Below, one piece after another: positions 1 to 11,968 of a stretch of DNA of 64,000 nt. Below the pieces are notes generated by a model. It did no database searches. It had not been told where the DNA came from and was given only the letters and a program-made list of their open reading frames with translations. Every line of letters begins with the position of its first letter. Position 1 is the stretch's first letter. The stretch is from Octopus sinensis (taxonomy: Eukaryota). Position numbers and translations under genes: made by a program. Where the stretch lies: assembly GCF_006345805.1 (NCBI RefSeq), contig NC_043019.1, positions 5,703,360-5,767,359 of the forward strand, given 5' to 3'.

Positions 1-169
1 ATGCTGCCATTTTTGTTCAACCTTCAACTTCATTTGATAACAGCAAAACTGATCAACAGGTAAATCATCAGAAGGTAAAATAAAGTAGTAGTAGTAGTAG
101 TAGTAGTAGTGGTTAGTGATTGTGGTTGTGGTGGTGGTAGTATTTCCATGCTTGGGAAGATACAACTGT

Positions 170-345
170 AAATCAAGACAATTTACCAACAGACAAGGAT
201 AAACTTACAATCAGATTACTATCAGTATCACTTCAATTCTGCCTTTTGTCTTCTGAGGGTGGGGTCGATAAAATAAATACCAACTGAATACTGGGGGTCT
301 ATGCAAATGATTAATCCCACCTCTAAAACTTCAGGCCTTGTTCCT
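170..345 (-). mobile_element. SINE family B, degenerate copy
   Basis: Reverse complement of the family B body (cctttcatcctttcggggtcgataaataagtacc...ctggggtcgatgtaatc) seen many times in the window; (ATT)n tail at ~355-385. Confidence 0.6.
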
Positions 346-734
346 ATAGTAGAATGAATTATTATTATTATTATTATTATTATGTAATTGACTTAACACG
401 TTTCTCAAAATTAGTGACCAAGAGCCAAAATTTGAAACCATTATTATCATAATTATTATTTGAAGGTGGTGAGCTGCCAGAACGGTCAGCATATTGGACA
501 AAATATTTTGCAATATTTCTTCTGGGTTTACATTCTGAGTTCAAGTTCTACCAAGGTTGACTTTATCTGTCATCCCTTTTGTAATTGATGAAATAAGTCC
601 CCAGTTAAGCATTAGGGAAGAGATAATTAACAGGTGCCCTCATACCATAAATTTCAGGCTTTGTGGTTATAATAGAAAGGATTATTATTATTGGGACACA
701 AAACTCTACTTGTGAAGACCTTTTGAGGCAAGTG

Positions 735-1358
735 AAAATCAAATCAAAATCGATGAACATCAATGGAATTTGTAGTTTTGTGGTACCAGTGCCGGTGGCA
801 CATAAGAAAACCATCCGAACGTGGCTGTAGCCAGTACTGCGGCGACTGGCCTCCGTGCTGGTGGCACGTAACAAACACCATCCAAGCGTGGCTGTTCGCC
901 AGCCTCGTCTGGCACCTGTGTCTGTGGCACATAAAAAAACACCATCCGAGCGTGGCCGTTCGCCAGCCTCGTCTGGCACCTGTGTCGGTGGCACATAAAA
1001 AAAACACCATCCGAGCATGGCGTTCGCCAGCCTCGTCTGGCACCTGTGTCCGTGGTACATAAAAAAACACCATCCGAGCATGGCCGTTCGCAGGCCTCGT
1101 CTGGCACCTGTGTCCGTGGCACATAAAAAACACCATCCGAGCGTGGCCATTCGCCAGCCTCGTCTGGCACCTGTGTCGGTGGCACGTAAAAAGCACCCAC
1201 TACACTCACGGAGTGGTTGGCGTTAGGAAGGGCATCCAGCTGTAGAAGCACTGCCAGATCTGACTGGCCTGGTGCAGCCTTCTGGCTTCCCAGACCCCAG
1301 TTGAACCGTCCAACCCATGCTAGCATGGAAAGCGGACGTTAAACAATGATGATGATGA
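735..1358 (+). mobile_element. 3' end of an RTE-type LINE (3'UTR with ~63-bp tandem repeats and a (GAT)n tail)
   Basis: Conserved end gagtggttggcgttaggaagggcatccagctgtagaa...ccaacccatgctagcatggaaagcggacgttaaacaatgatgatg. The same module directly follows an RTE-like ORF end at 41800-41915. Confidence 0.65.
811..1195 (+). repeat. Tandem repeat, ~63-65 bp unit x5 plus one divergent 67-bp unit
   Basis: Unit starts (ccatcc) at 811, 878, 942, 1007, 1070, 1133; unit length varies mainly through a poly-A run. Confidence 0.9.
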
Positions 1359-1818
1359 GGAGGAGGACAGCAAGCTGGTGGAACCATTAACCCACTGGAC
1401 AAAAAGCTTGGCAGCATTTTGCCCAGCTTTGTGTTCTGAGCTCAAATTCCACTAAGGTTGACTTTACCTTTCTTCCTTTTGAGATTGATATAATAAGTAC
1501 CAGTCAAGAAATGGTGTCAATGTAATCGACTTCCCCTCCCCCTCCCCTCAAAAACTGCTGGCCTGGTACCAAAATCTGATACCTTTATTATAACTATTAT
1601 TCAGGTGGCAAGCTGACAGAACGTTAGCATGCAGGACAAAACACTTTGCAGCATTTTGTCTGTCTTCATGTTCTTAGTCCAAATTCCACCGAGTTCGGTT
1701 TTGCTTCTCATCCTTTCAGGGTTGATTAAATAATTACTAGTTGAGCAGTGGGGGGGGGGGTCAATGTAATTGACTTACTCCCTCCTCCAAAATTGCTGGC
1801 CTTTGTGTCAAAATTTGA

Positions 1819-1819
<1 letters not shown>

Positions 1820-1869
<50 letters not shown>

Positions 1870-1907
1870 TATTATTATTATTATTATTATTGAGTGAGAG
1901 AATTTGA

Positions 1908-1954
<47 letters not shown>

Positions 1955-2006
1955 TAATAATAATAATTATTATTATTATTATTATTATTGAGTGAGAGAA
2001 ATTTGA

Positions 2007-2104
<98 letters not shown>

Positions 2105-2110
2105 CATTAT
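1820..2110. repeat. (AAT)n/(ATT)n microsatellite with an internal ~70-bp duplication
   Basis: Direct reading; tgagtgagagaa(a)tttgaaat occurs twice. Confidence 0.95.
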
Positions 2111-2699
2111 TGAGTAAGAGAGCAGTGCATGCCATCAAAGTGACACTGGGGTAAAATATACGAAGCCCAGTATACCTATCATGACTACCCGTTTGATAAG
2201 GGTACACTAGCCACATGCATTACAACCATATGTGTGCGACATGGTGATCTCATATCAAGATAAACATCACATGACCTTGAAGGTGGGGCCCAGTTAGAAT
2301 TTTCTTCTGGTTGAGTAACCCATCCGGCTCAAAAGGTCCCTGAATAAGGGTTGTTTAAGGATGTTTAATGAAACACCCCTGTTTCCAGAGGTGAATTATT
2401 CAAACTCCAAAGAATCACTCTCAACACATGGCTATGATGCTCCCCCACTACTTCTGCTCGTGATCCGAGATGCCCAAGCTGGCAGAATCGTTAGCATGCT
2501 GGGTAAAATGCTTAGCAACATTTTGTCCGTCTTTACATTCTGAATTCAAATTCCACCGAGGTCAACTTTGCCTTTCAGGGTCAATAAAATAAGTACCAGC
2601 CAAACACTGGGGTTGATGTTATTGACTCATCCCCTCTCCTGAAATTGCTGACCGTGAGGCAAAATTTGAAACCATTATTATCAGGCCTATCCAAAATGT

Positions 2700-3135
2700 A
2701 CATGTCAATCAGCTGTTGTTGAGTGCAGGATGGATCTGTTGAGGACTTTGTGAATATTGACCCAAAACCCTCCTTTAGCCAGGAAGGGCAGACAGTTTTC
2801 GTCTATCTTGTGGTCATGGTGAGAGAGGTTGTCTGGCAGACGTGACTGAAATGATTGAAGACACATATTTTCGTTTTTGGCTAGGCCCTCAATTCTTCTG
2901 AGTTTCACTTGGAAAGGAAGGTGAAGGTGGACAGGGAAGCTATTGAATTTTTGAGGGGCTTCCCTTAGTTGGCTCTAAGCAGTTATTCTTCTAGTTGAGG
3001 AGTTTTGTTTGCTGAAATTTTGTTGTTATTTTTTGTTTTTATTACTTTTTTTTTCACAACCTAAATAACGTCTCTCTTTGTTTGGTATTTTTATCTGATT
3101 TTATTTGAACCCCTGTAACTAATAAAGAAATCATT
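2700..3135 (+). mobile_element. Tx1/L1-like LINE 3' remnant
   Basis: Decayed frame VYLVVMVREVVWQT*LK*LKTHIFVFG*ALNSSEFHLERKVKVDRE resembles Tx1-type ORF2 C-termini as I recall them; followed by a T-rich 3'UTR and aataaa. Confidence 0.5.
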
Positions 3136-3478
3136 ATTATCATTAATTAATTAAACTATCACACCATTAGAGAATGGATGTTTATACATGCTTGTATCAA
3201 ATTCTTGACAATAAACATCCATTCATTCCTCCTCTCTCTCACCGGAGGCTTTATTTAGCTGTACTTTGGTACAGTCTGATAAAACAGAGCCCTCCTTTCT
3301 ATATCTTTCTGCTGGAATATGAAGAAATCAAGTGAAAGGCATCGGTTATTAAAGAAAAATGAAAACTGCTTACTGACAAATGAAGAGATAAAGTGGTGGG
3401 GTTTATCTGATTGCGTTAATGGGGGGTGGCAAGGAGAAAGGCTGGTATTTTGTCACAACAGTTCTGTTCTATTTCCAG

Positions 3479-3562
3479 AAAAGACAAGTACCTTCTCCTA
3501 AGGCCCTATGAAGAGGTGCAGCAACAACAATGGCAATATTACAGAAATGAGTTCTTACTGAG
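3479..3562 (+). CDS. Candidate isolated coding exon, unknown protein (KDKYLLLRPYEEVQQQQWQYYRNEFLLR)
   Basis: Acceptor ttctgttctatttccag, weak donor AG|gtagaa, 84 nt (3n), open frame, non-repetitive sequence. Confidence 0.3.
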
Positions 3563-4562
3563 GTAGAATGTCTGATATTTTGGAGTGAGGGGTATATCCG
3601 TATCGTATTGTAGTAACCTCAGTACATGACAGATACTTATATTGGTTTCAAATTTTGGTACAAGGCCAGCAATTTTAAGAGAGGGATAAGTCAATTACAT
3701 TGATCCCACTGTTGCACAGGTACTTATTTTATTGACCCTGAAACAATGAAAAGCAAAGTCGAACTTGGTGAAATTTGAACTCAGAACAAAGACAGACAAA
3801 ATGCTGCTAAATATTTTGCCCAGTGTCCTAACAATCCTGCCAGTTCATTGCCTTTAAGGTGCTTATTATATCTACACCACTACATGATAGATGAGTGACA
3901 AATATTTCATTAGTTACCAATTTCAAGTTCAACTCCTGCCCTAGGTACAGTTGAGAAGGGGGTGAGCTCAATCTGGTTGAATATATTTTGATACTTGGCA
4001 TAACTACAAAGTATTCACTGGAGCTGCAATTGATCCAAGATTGCCTCTTTTGTTACCAATGCTGTCAAATATCTCTGGAGAACCTTGCACTGGCCCTCAT
4101 CTCATCACCTCATGGTAAATAGTTTCCCTGGGGGATAAAGTACACTTTATTGCTGTCAACGAAGAAAGTAGCTGGTGAATGTAGAGAGAAATCATTTCAA
4201 GACAATATCATCTGCCTTGCTCTGTCCGGACCCCAATCCCAGCTGGGAGACAAAATGTGGAGGGATAACTAATTGTTGAATTATTCAGATAAGAAAAGCG
4301 AACCATTTCAAAAGTTATTTCAAAAGTTTCTAAGAATCAGCCAACAAATACAACCAGCAAAGATGACCGCACAAATACAACCATACACATGTGTCATGCA
4401 CCATTGAAGAGATCAACAGGTGTTTTTTTTTTGTTAAAGGGAACACAGGGCAAAGTTATGTTAAAAATAGAAAACTGGGATCCAAGGAACATTAGCCCCA
4501 CTGTCCTTCATGCATTAATGTCATTTACAGATAAGGTTAAACTAAAGTTCTTAGAATCCACT

Positions 4563-4575
4563 TTAAAAAAATGAT
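4563..4575 (-). CDS. Candidate terminal coding exon of the minus-strand gene (...L-S-F-F-stop if entered in phase 2)
   Basis: Acceptor aaaatgtcttttcttcag at 4577-4576; AATAAA on the minus strand at 4151-4146. The alternative phase-1 reading gives HFFKVDSKNFSLTLSVNDINA*. Confidence 0.3.
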
Positions 4576-4929
4576 CTGAAGAAAAGACATTTTAAAGAAA
4601 TACAGAACATAGCAAATTTCCTCAAATTATTTTTGATGACTTAATTCTTGAATAATCTTACATATATTTTGGTTTTGTTTTTAATAAATTATTTATAATT
4701 ATTTTTAAATGCATTCTTTATCTTATTTCTTATTTTGTGCTTCCAAGGTTAAGCAAGGTTTTCTTCAGCCAAAGTTTACTCCTATAGAAATTATCTTGAG
4801 CTCTCTTGGCCTTGGCTGCTTTCAAACACAAACTATGATATTATCCTTAAAGCAATATCTCCAACTAAGCAAAAGATATAAGACTTTATGGTGTGTGTGT
4901 GTGTGTGTGTGCATGTGTGTGCTGGATGT

Positions 4930-5860
4930 GTCAGTTATTTGAGAACAAAACTTTTAAGAACCATGTGTGACTCAAAACTTTAATTAAATATCCTCTCTTT
5001 TTTTCAGTTCCAGCAAGGAAGCTTCAAATCCAAAATGGACAAATGAAAAGGCAGACCGTTCTTGTTGCCTCAGCCACTGATCATAGTGATTGAGAGGTTG
5101 CAATCTTCTGAAATGTTGCCAAAGCCTTCTTGTTTAAGATGAGAAAAGAGTTCCTGGTTTTTGGTGAAAAGGCGCCTTCCATTGTGAATAGAAAAAGACA
5201 TTCTCAATGGTCAGACATTAGCAAAGTTGAGTTTCTCCAGGAAGCTCAGGACATCATCAATGAGAATCCTGGCAATCACTTCCATGTATCGGAGTCAATG
5301 GTGAGGTATGTGGTGCATGAAGACATAAGTACAAATCCTATGTCCTGAGAAGAGGACAACGATTCATAACTGACGAGAGCTGAGAGAACTGTGGGATCCG
5401 GTCTAAGTGCTTGTTGAACAAAAAGCAAACACCTTAAGGAGCTCAACAGGCTCTGGACGTTCTCAGACGAGAATTTTGTTGTAAGATCAAAGGGAAATGA
5501 CAGAGGACTCTGCACCAGCCCCACCGAAGTCTCCACTGTTATATACACCAACTTGTCATTGTCTGTAATAGTCTTGGGGGAGCAATGAGGGGTCATATCC
5601 TGCTGGCTCATATTTACCTGCAATGTCTTAGGATCAATGCAGCAGCCTACACTGAGACAGTGGAGATGGTTGTTGAGCTCTGGATCAAGAGAGTTGCTTG
5701 TGGGAGGCCATATGTTTTCCAGCAAGAATCTGCTCTCTCTTACATGGCCTGCATCACCCAGAAGTGGACGGTCAAAAAGTCTTCATGATCATGTTATCCC
5801 TAACGTTTAGCCTTCTACTTCTCCTGATTTAAACACTCTGGGGCATCATTGAGAGGACTT
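4930..5860 (+). mobile_element. Tc1/mariner superfamily, maT (DD37D)-like transposase pseudogene
   Basis: Decayed motifs [41 protein letters not shown]; motif spacing fits DD37D elements; frameshifts and stops. Confidence 0.8.
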
Positions 5861-5874
5861 ATTAATGCCTGCTA

Positions 5875-5944
5875 CATTATACATACACATATTTGTATGT
5901 ACATACATATATATGTACATGTATATATATATATATTATATATA

Positions 5945-5991
<47 letters not shown>

Positions 5992-6200
5992 CATTCCTTG
6001 GGTTTGTGACTATGTTTTCATTTCTCATTGTGTTCGACGTTTTTTTTGGTGTCCTGTACCCATATATGCGTGTATATATACATGTAGAGGTAGGTACATA
6101 CATATATGTATATATATATATGCATATGTTTTATTTATTAATATATTATATATATATATATATATTATATATATATATATATATGTATACATATGTAGCT
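5875..6200. repeat. (TA)n-rich microsatellite
   Basis: Direct reading. Confidence 0.95.
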
Positions 6201-6518
6201 TTAAAGAGAAAAAAAGGCAAATTTACAAATGTTGTTTGATATTTCAGATTTCCTGTCTTTCCTTCTTGAAGTAAAGAATAAAAAAAGTTTCCGCATAACA
6301 ACATGCACATATATGCATGCAGCGTTCACATATGATATATTCATATACATATTCATATGCATGCAGACACAGGCACACATACACATATATACACAAATGC
6401 ATATTACACTGCAAAAACAACTGACGTGTGTTTGTATGTAAATTTATGTACAATAGAGTCTGATGTACAAGATGATAATTTGAATGCTGACAGAATAATA
6501 CAGACATTGCTAGAAATA

Positions 6519-7086
6519 TTGGGTTGTCCGGAAAGTTTGTGCCAATTTATAGTAGCTTACCTTTCGACTTATTTTAGAACATGGTTGAGTCCATAAAATA
6601 GGATTTGACTACACCTCCATTTAGAGCACAGTTTAAGCTATCTTTTCGTGCAAGAAGGTTTATGTTCCTATAACCTATTTTAATTCTGTAACCCTTTAAA
6701 ATGGTAGATAAGAAAGTTCATGTTCGGCACTTGATGCTTTTGGGAACCAGACAAAAATTGCTGCAGCTCGGCTGGGATGTGTTACCCCAGCCTCCATATT
6801 CATCAGATATTACTCCTTCGGATTTCCAATTATTCAAGTCTCTGCAGAATAGTCTTAATGGTAAAAATTTAAATTCCATGGATGACATAAAACGATACCT
6901 TGATGAATTCTATGCCATGAAACCACCCCAATTCTGGGAAGAGGGTATTTTCAAGTTAAAGGAAAGATGGAGATGCATTGAGCAACAAAATGGTTCATAT
7001 TTGGTTGATTAAAAATGTAATGGCAAGTATTTATTGACCTTTCTTCTTTCCTTTAAAAATCGGCAGGAACTTTCCAGACAACCCAA
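6519..7086 (+). mobile_element. Internally deleted mariner (DD34D) element, 568 bp
   Basis: TIRs ttgggttgtccggaaagtttgtgcc / ggcaggaactttccagacaacccaa, TA on both sides (6517-18, 7087-88). ORF 6701-7012 keeps LGWDVLPQPPYSSDITPSDFQLF, a variant of the HPPYSPDLAPSD motif. Confidence 0.92.
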
Positions 7087-7374
7087 TATTTAGATTTTCA
7101 CCATTATGTTGATGATATCAACACCAGGGGACACAGGTTCTAAATACTCAATTACTTGAACCATATCTTAAGATTATCTCTTTTATTAATTACTGGTAGG
7201 ATCATTGTATTTCGTTATATAACCATAACAAACTACCAAGTATATTAAATGCTCATAAGTCAATATTGTGTTCTACCTGTGTTAGCAATGGGACTCAATC
7301 ACTTTTTTAAGTTGTCTCTACTGATTGTCTATAGAAATTCAGACCAGCACTAAAAGTTATGAAGTTTACATCAT

Positions 7375-7715
7375 CATCATCATTTAACATCTCCGTGCCG
7401 GTGGCACGTAAAAGACACCATTCGAGCGTGACCGTTATCAGCATCGCCTTACTGGCACCTGTGGCGGTGGCATGTGTAAAAGATTTGAGTGAGGTCGTTG
7501 CCAGTACTGCCTGACTGGCCCCATGCCAGTGGCACATAAGAAGCACCCACTACACTCTTAGAGTGGTTGGTGTTAGGAAGGGCATCCAGCTGTAGAAACT
7601 CTGCCAGATCAAGATTGGAGCTTGGTGCAGCCATCTGGTTCGCCAACCCTCAGTCAAAATTGTCCAACCCATGCTAGCATGGAAAGTGGACATTAAACAA
7701 TGATGACGATGATGA
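7375..7715 (+). mobile_element. RTE-type LINE 3' end copy
   Basis: Same terminal module and (GAT)n tail as 735-1358. Confidence 0.75.
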
Positions 7716-8129
7716 TGTTTATGCTGGCATGGACTGGACAGTTTGACCACGGCTGCTAAGCTGAAGGGCTGCACCAGGCTTCAGTCTGATTTGGCATGAT
7801 TTCTCCAGTGAATGCCCTTCCTAATGCCAACCACTCCAAGAGAGTAATGGGTGCTTTTATGTGCTGCTGGCACAGGTGCCATTTGCATGACACCAGTATC
7901 TGCCATGACCATGATTTCCCTTGGCTTCATGGGTCTTCTACTGACCACGGCGCATTGCCAAAGGTGTTGGTCATTTGTCATTGTCACCAACTGCTTTGTT
8001 TACCAAGATGTATTCATATCCAAAATATCTCAACATTCAGTGCTGGCTCTAAATTCTATACAACATCTGTTGAGATAACTTAGAAAGTGATTATGTCTAT
8101 TTTTGATTTTCTGCATTTCAGACTATCAA

Positions 8130-8306
8130 CTTGTACATAGATAACTATACATACATATATATATATATATATATTATATGCACACATATATGTACACATA
8201 AACATGGTAGCCCTAAAGTCATGCTACCATATCAGATATATAATATATATATATATTATATATATATATATAATATATATATATATAATATATATATATA
8301 TATACA

Positions 8307-8381
<75 letters not shown>

Positions 8382-8470
8382 CATATATATTATATATATA
8401 TATACATATGCATGCTCACATACATACACACTCATATATATTGGGTATTATGCACAAGTATACATACGTC
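8130..8470. repeat. (TA)n microsatellite
   Basis: Direct reading. Confidence 0.95.
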
Positions 8471-8648
8471 TATGTTACAAAACACTCAAGAGGACCATAA
8501 CAGAGGGAATGAAAGGATATTTGGCAAGTCAACATAGAGGAACTGATGTAATCAATAGCTTCAGTTTCTATCCTCCCCCCTCTACATTGTAAACTGAATT
8601 ATTATTATTTTTTTTTTGTTGTTGTTTCCTCTCGGACTGATTACTTAC

Positions 8649-8759
8649 AAGTCAACACTAACAGAACGCTGACGCTGGCTACCATTACTGGCATCAGTCC
8701 TCTCTTTGTGACTGAATCTGCGCGACAAGCGGGAAAAACTACTACTACTGCTTTGGAAC
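8649..8759 (-). CDS. Candidate internal coding exon, Ser/Arg-rich (FQSSSSSFSRLSRRFSHKERTDASNGSQRQRSVSVDL), unknown protein
   Basis: Strong acceptor aacctttgttcttccag, consensus donor gtaagt, 111 nt (3n), unique sequence, open in phase 2 (and in phase 1). Confidence 0.55.
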
Positions 8760-9087
8760 CTGGAAGAACAAAGGTTATTTTAATGATTGTTTTTTTTAAG
8801 GGGTTAAAGATGGTCAAAAGCATTTAGAACAGCAAACGGAACAAAAACACAGACATATATATATTTAAACAAACATATATACATATAAAATATATATATA
8901 GATATATATATATATATATATATAATATATATATATTATCAATAATAAAAGGGTAAAACTAATTAATTATTAATTAATTTTACCAAGTAGTGTTCAGTAT
9001 GTAAAAAGACCATTTACGGTATATTTAAAACATTACGTTATATAATTAGGGTTCAGTAAAATAATTTACTTTACCACACACCGAACT

Positions 9088-9172
9088 TTTAGAAATAGCA
9101 GCCAAAAATCTTAGCTATTTCTTCTACTATAGTAGAAGAAATAGCTAAGATTTTTTGGCTGCTATTTCTAAA
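9088..9172. repeat. Spacerless palindrome (~42-bp arms)
   Basis: tttagaaatagcagcc...cttctacta|tagtagaag...ggctgctatttctaaa; centre 9129/9130; one indel. Confidence 0.9.
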
Positions 9173-9488
9173 TTATATAACGTAATGTTTTATATATATA
9201 TATATAATATAAATAGGGATTCAAAGACTCAAACAGAGCTCGTATTAAGCTCTCTGACAAAGGTATGACTAACAAGAAAGACTGTGATTAATTAAGGTTA
9301 GGATACGCTCTAGTGTTATTCTGCAAATCCAAGAATTACAATGGTAGAGAATATGTATAAACACTGAACAGAGAAGAGAAGTGAAGTGAGAGAATAGACA
9401 CTTATTCCATTATTTTACAGCTGTTTCATAGTTATATAACGGACATTACATTGCCATTTACATGTTTATAAATGTATGCATGAATATC

Positions 9489-9705
9489 CGAAGGGGTGCT
9501 GAAAAGTTCTGGACTTTAATGGTCTTGTGAAATGCCTGGTTAGAGGCCCAACCCTCTGAGTTATTTTACAGGACCTACTTAAACTGAAGGGACACTGCAA
9601 TAGGTGTGTAAATCTGAGACAGGAATATGTTGAATAAAATCATAATTAACTGATCCTCCTGCATTTTCTTTAACCCAAAGCCAGGAACTTTTCAACACAT
9701 CCTAG
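9489..9705 (+). mobile_element. Mariner-derived MITE, ~217 bp
   Basis: TIRs cgaaggggtgctgaaaagttctgg / ccaggaacttttcaacacatcctag; retains a transposase C-terminal remnant CNRCVNLRQEYVE*. Confidence 0.75.
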
Positions 9706-10881
9706 TATATGTACACCCATACATATAAATTTGCTGAAATGTAACTAAACAATCATTTTCAGAATGTTTTATGAACTATCATGAAGCTCTCTGACGATTA
9801 GTCTGGTAAATTACAGCAAATTTATATCTATATTATATGTATGGGTCTAGGTATATATTTGTATATGTGTGAATGGTCATGCAATGTCTATTATATGACT
9901 AACATGATTATGAAACAGCTGTAAGCTAAGAGCATAAATATATATTCTCTGACATCATATCTCTTATTTGTTGCAAAGGAATGCAAGTACTGGTATCACA
10001 CTTATTATTCCTTGGCTACAGCTGTTTCAACAATGTACATGTCAAATACATCATTTAACAAGTTGGAAAACATGAATATAAGCAATGATTATGTAATATT
10101 GAGTATATAACATAACACCCATAGTCATTTCATCCATGACTGGATGAATAAATTTCTGAGAAAAACATAGATGTATCCATCTATATGTAGAGACAGACAA
10201 TCTGGTGGGAGGGGGTTCATATTCTTGTAGGAAGAAGGTCTGTTATAAAAGAAAGGGGATAGATGATAGTTTTTCTGTATCAATTGATGAAATCAATTTT
10301 GAAGTTGGATTTATCAATTAGTCTAGATATTCAAACAGCTGTCAGGTTGAGAAAGCAAAACAATATTAAAATCTGTGCATTAATGTCATAAATCAACAGG
10401 GATGGCCATTTCCTGAGTGGCTTGAAAGAAATCCTTCATGAACAGAGAGAGAACAAAGAGGTACTCAATATATAAATAAACACACACACACAAAATAACA
10501 CAAATGGGCTGAGGTTCACTACAGTTGTTTCAGACGTATTTTTTTTTTTATTGATGAGCAACTCAATCACATCGTGTAACAAAAAATAAAAATAAAAAAC
10601 GTTTTCTTCTGGCAAATTAATGTATAACTGGAAAGACAAATCTGTGTATACCCTAGCAAATACGTGATGTCCATACAAACTGTTGATACATGGGTATGCT
10701 ATCCTTGACTCTATCACGGTGTCCCTATAATCAAAATACCTCAATTCTATTGGATCTTGAAAATAATTATATATATATATATATTAAAAATTAAATAAGG
10801 GTAGAAATTGATATTAATCAATTAAAACCAGTGGCTTAGCATATTTTAAAAAATCCAAAGATTAAAAATTTTTTTACAAAC

Positions 10882-11095
10882 AAAATTTAGAGGACTGACC
10901 ACTAAAAGTGGACAGCCTGAATGCTAGATATAGACATCAAAATCGCCATTTTGCACAAAGAATGTGTTCTCAAGAAAAAATTCAGCAAAAAACCATGAAT
11001 TTTTCTTGAGAACACATTCTTCGTGGAAAATGGCGATTTTGACGTCTATATCTAGCATACAGGCTGTCCACTTTTAGTGGTCAGTCCTCTAAATT

Positions 11096-11097
<2 letters not shown>
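10882..11097. repeat. Fold-back inverted repeat (~100-bp arms, short spacer)
   Basis: aaaatttagaggactgaccactaaaagtggacagcctg... mirrored by ...caggctgtccacttttagtggtcagtcctctaaatttt; adjacent to (TA)n. Confidence 0.9.
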
Positions 11098-11170
<73 letters not shown>

Positions 11171-11719
11171 AGGATAAGATGGTTAATTTAAATATCGATC
11201 TTATCAAGTGGCCCAGCATGGGGATAAAAACCTTCAAAGGTAATAATTATTATTAAAATTATAATTAGGGTATCTAAGAGATACCACCATGCTGGAAATA
11301 GCAGCAAAAACCTGACTCTATAACCACATTAAGTTTTATATATATTATATATTTTATATATATTATATATATATATATATGTGTGTATACACACATACAC
11401 ACACACATACACAGAGAAAAATAAGAGATGACAAAGGAAAAAAGTTATGAACTTCATTAGCTTACATCTGTTTCTGGTGGACTCTTAGTTGACTGCCTGA
11501 ATAACACCTTATAGCTTCATCAGAGCCTTGAATATGAAGCACTTCATATGAGTCCACTGCACCTTGTAGCAGAAACAGCTGTAGGCTGATGAAGTTCAAA
11601 ATATAATTGTTTATTTTTTTTTCTCATCTCATTTTCTTATTACCACTCAAAACTCATCTAACACCTCTTTCTGAAGTATACATACATTGAGCTTTACTCC
11701 AACTTATTAGTCTTGCAAT

Positions 11720-11948
11720 GCTTAAGTTACAGGGACATAAACACAACAACAAAGACACACAAATACATACATGTATATATATCTACGGCAGGCTTCTTTC
11801 AGTTTCCTTCTACCAAATCCACTCTCAAGGCTTTGGTCAGCCCAAAGCTATAGTAGAAGACACTTGCCAAAAGTGCCATGCAGTGGGACTGAACCCAGAA
11901 CCATGTGGTTTAGAAGTGAGTTTCTTACCACACAGCCACTCCTGCGCC
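11720..11948 (-). mobile_element. SINE family A, partial copy
   Basis: Reverse complement of the head ggcgcaggagtggctgtgtggtaag...ggcaagtgtcttc...gaaagaagcc. Confidence 0.8.
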
Positions 11949-11968
11949 TATATATATGTCTATATATA

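Larger units (their letters stand above)
466..2675 (+). mobile_element. Cluster of degenerate SINE family B copies (~466-690, ~1370-1590, ~1605-1830, ~2478-2675)
   Basis: Repeated head gagctggcagaa...ttagca, box-B-like gagttcaaattcc, 3' ggccttgtgcc...aaaatttgaaa and (ATT/AAT)n tails. Confidence 0.7.

Noticed and set aside
811-1195. CRISPR-like regular array
   Set aside because: Units are contiguous near-identical repeats with no unique spacers, there are no cas genes, and the context is eukaryotic.
605-1326. 150-188 aa ORFs with repeated motifs
   Set aside because: Translations of the 63-bp tandem repeat in a retroelement 3'UTR.
10436-10744. 102-aa minus-strand ORF in unique-looking DNA
   Set aside because: Runs through poly-T/A and (TG)n stretches, has no donor site and no recognisable domain.
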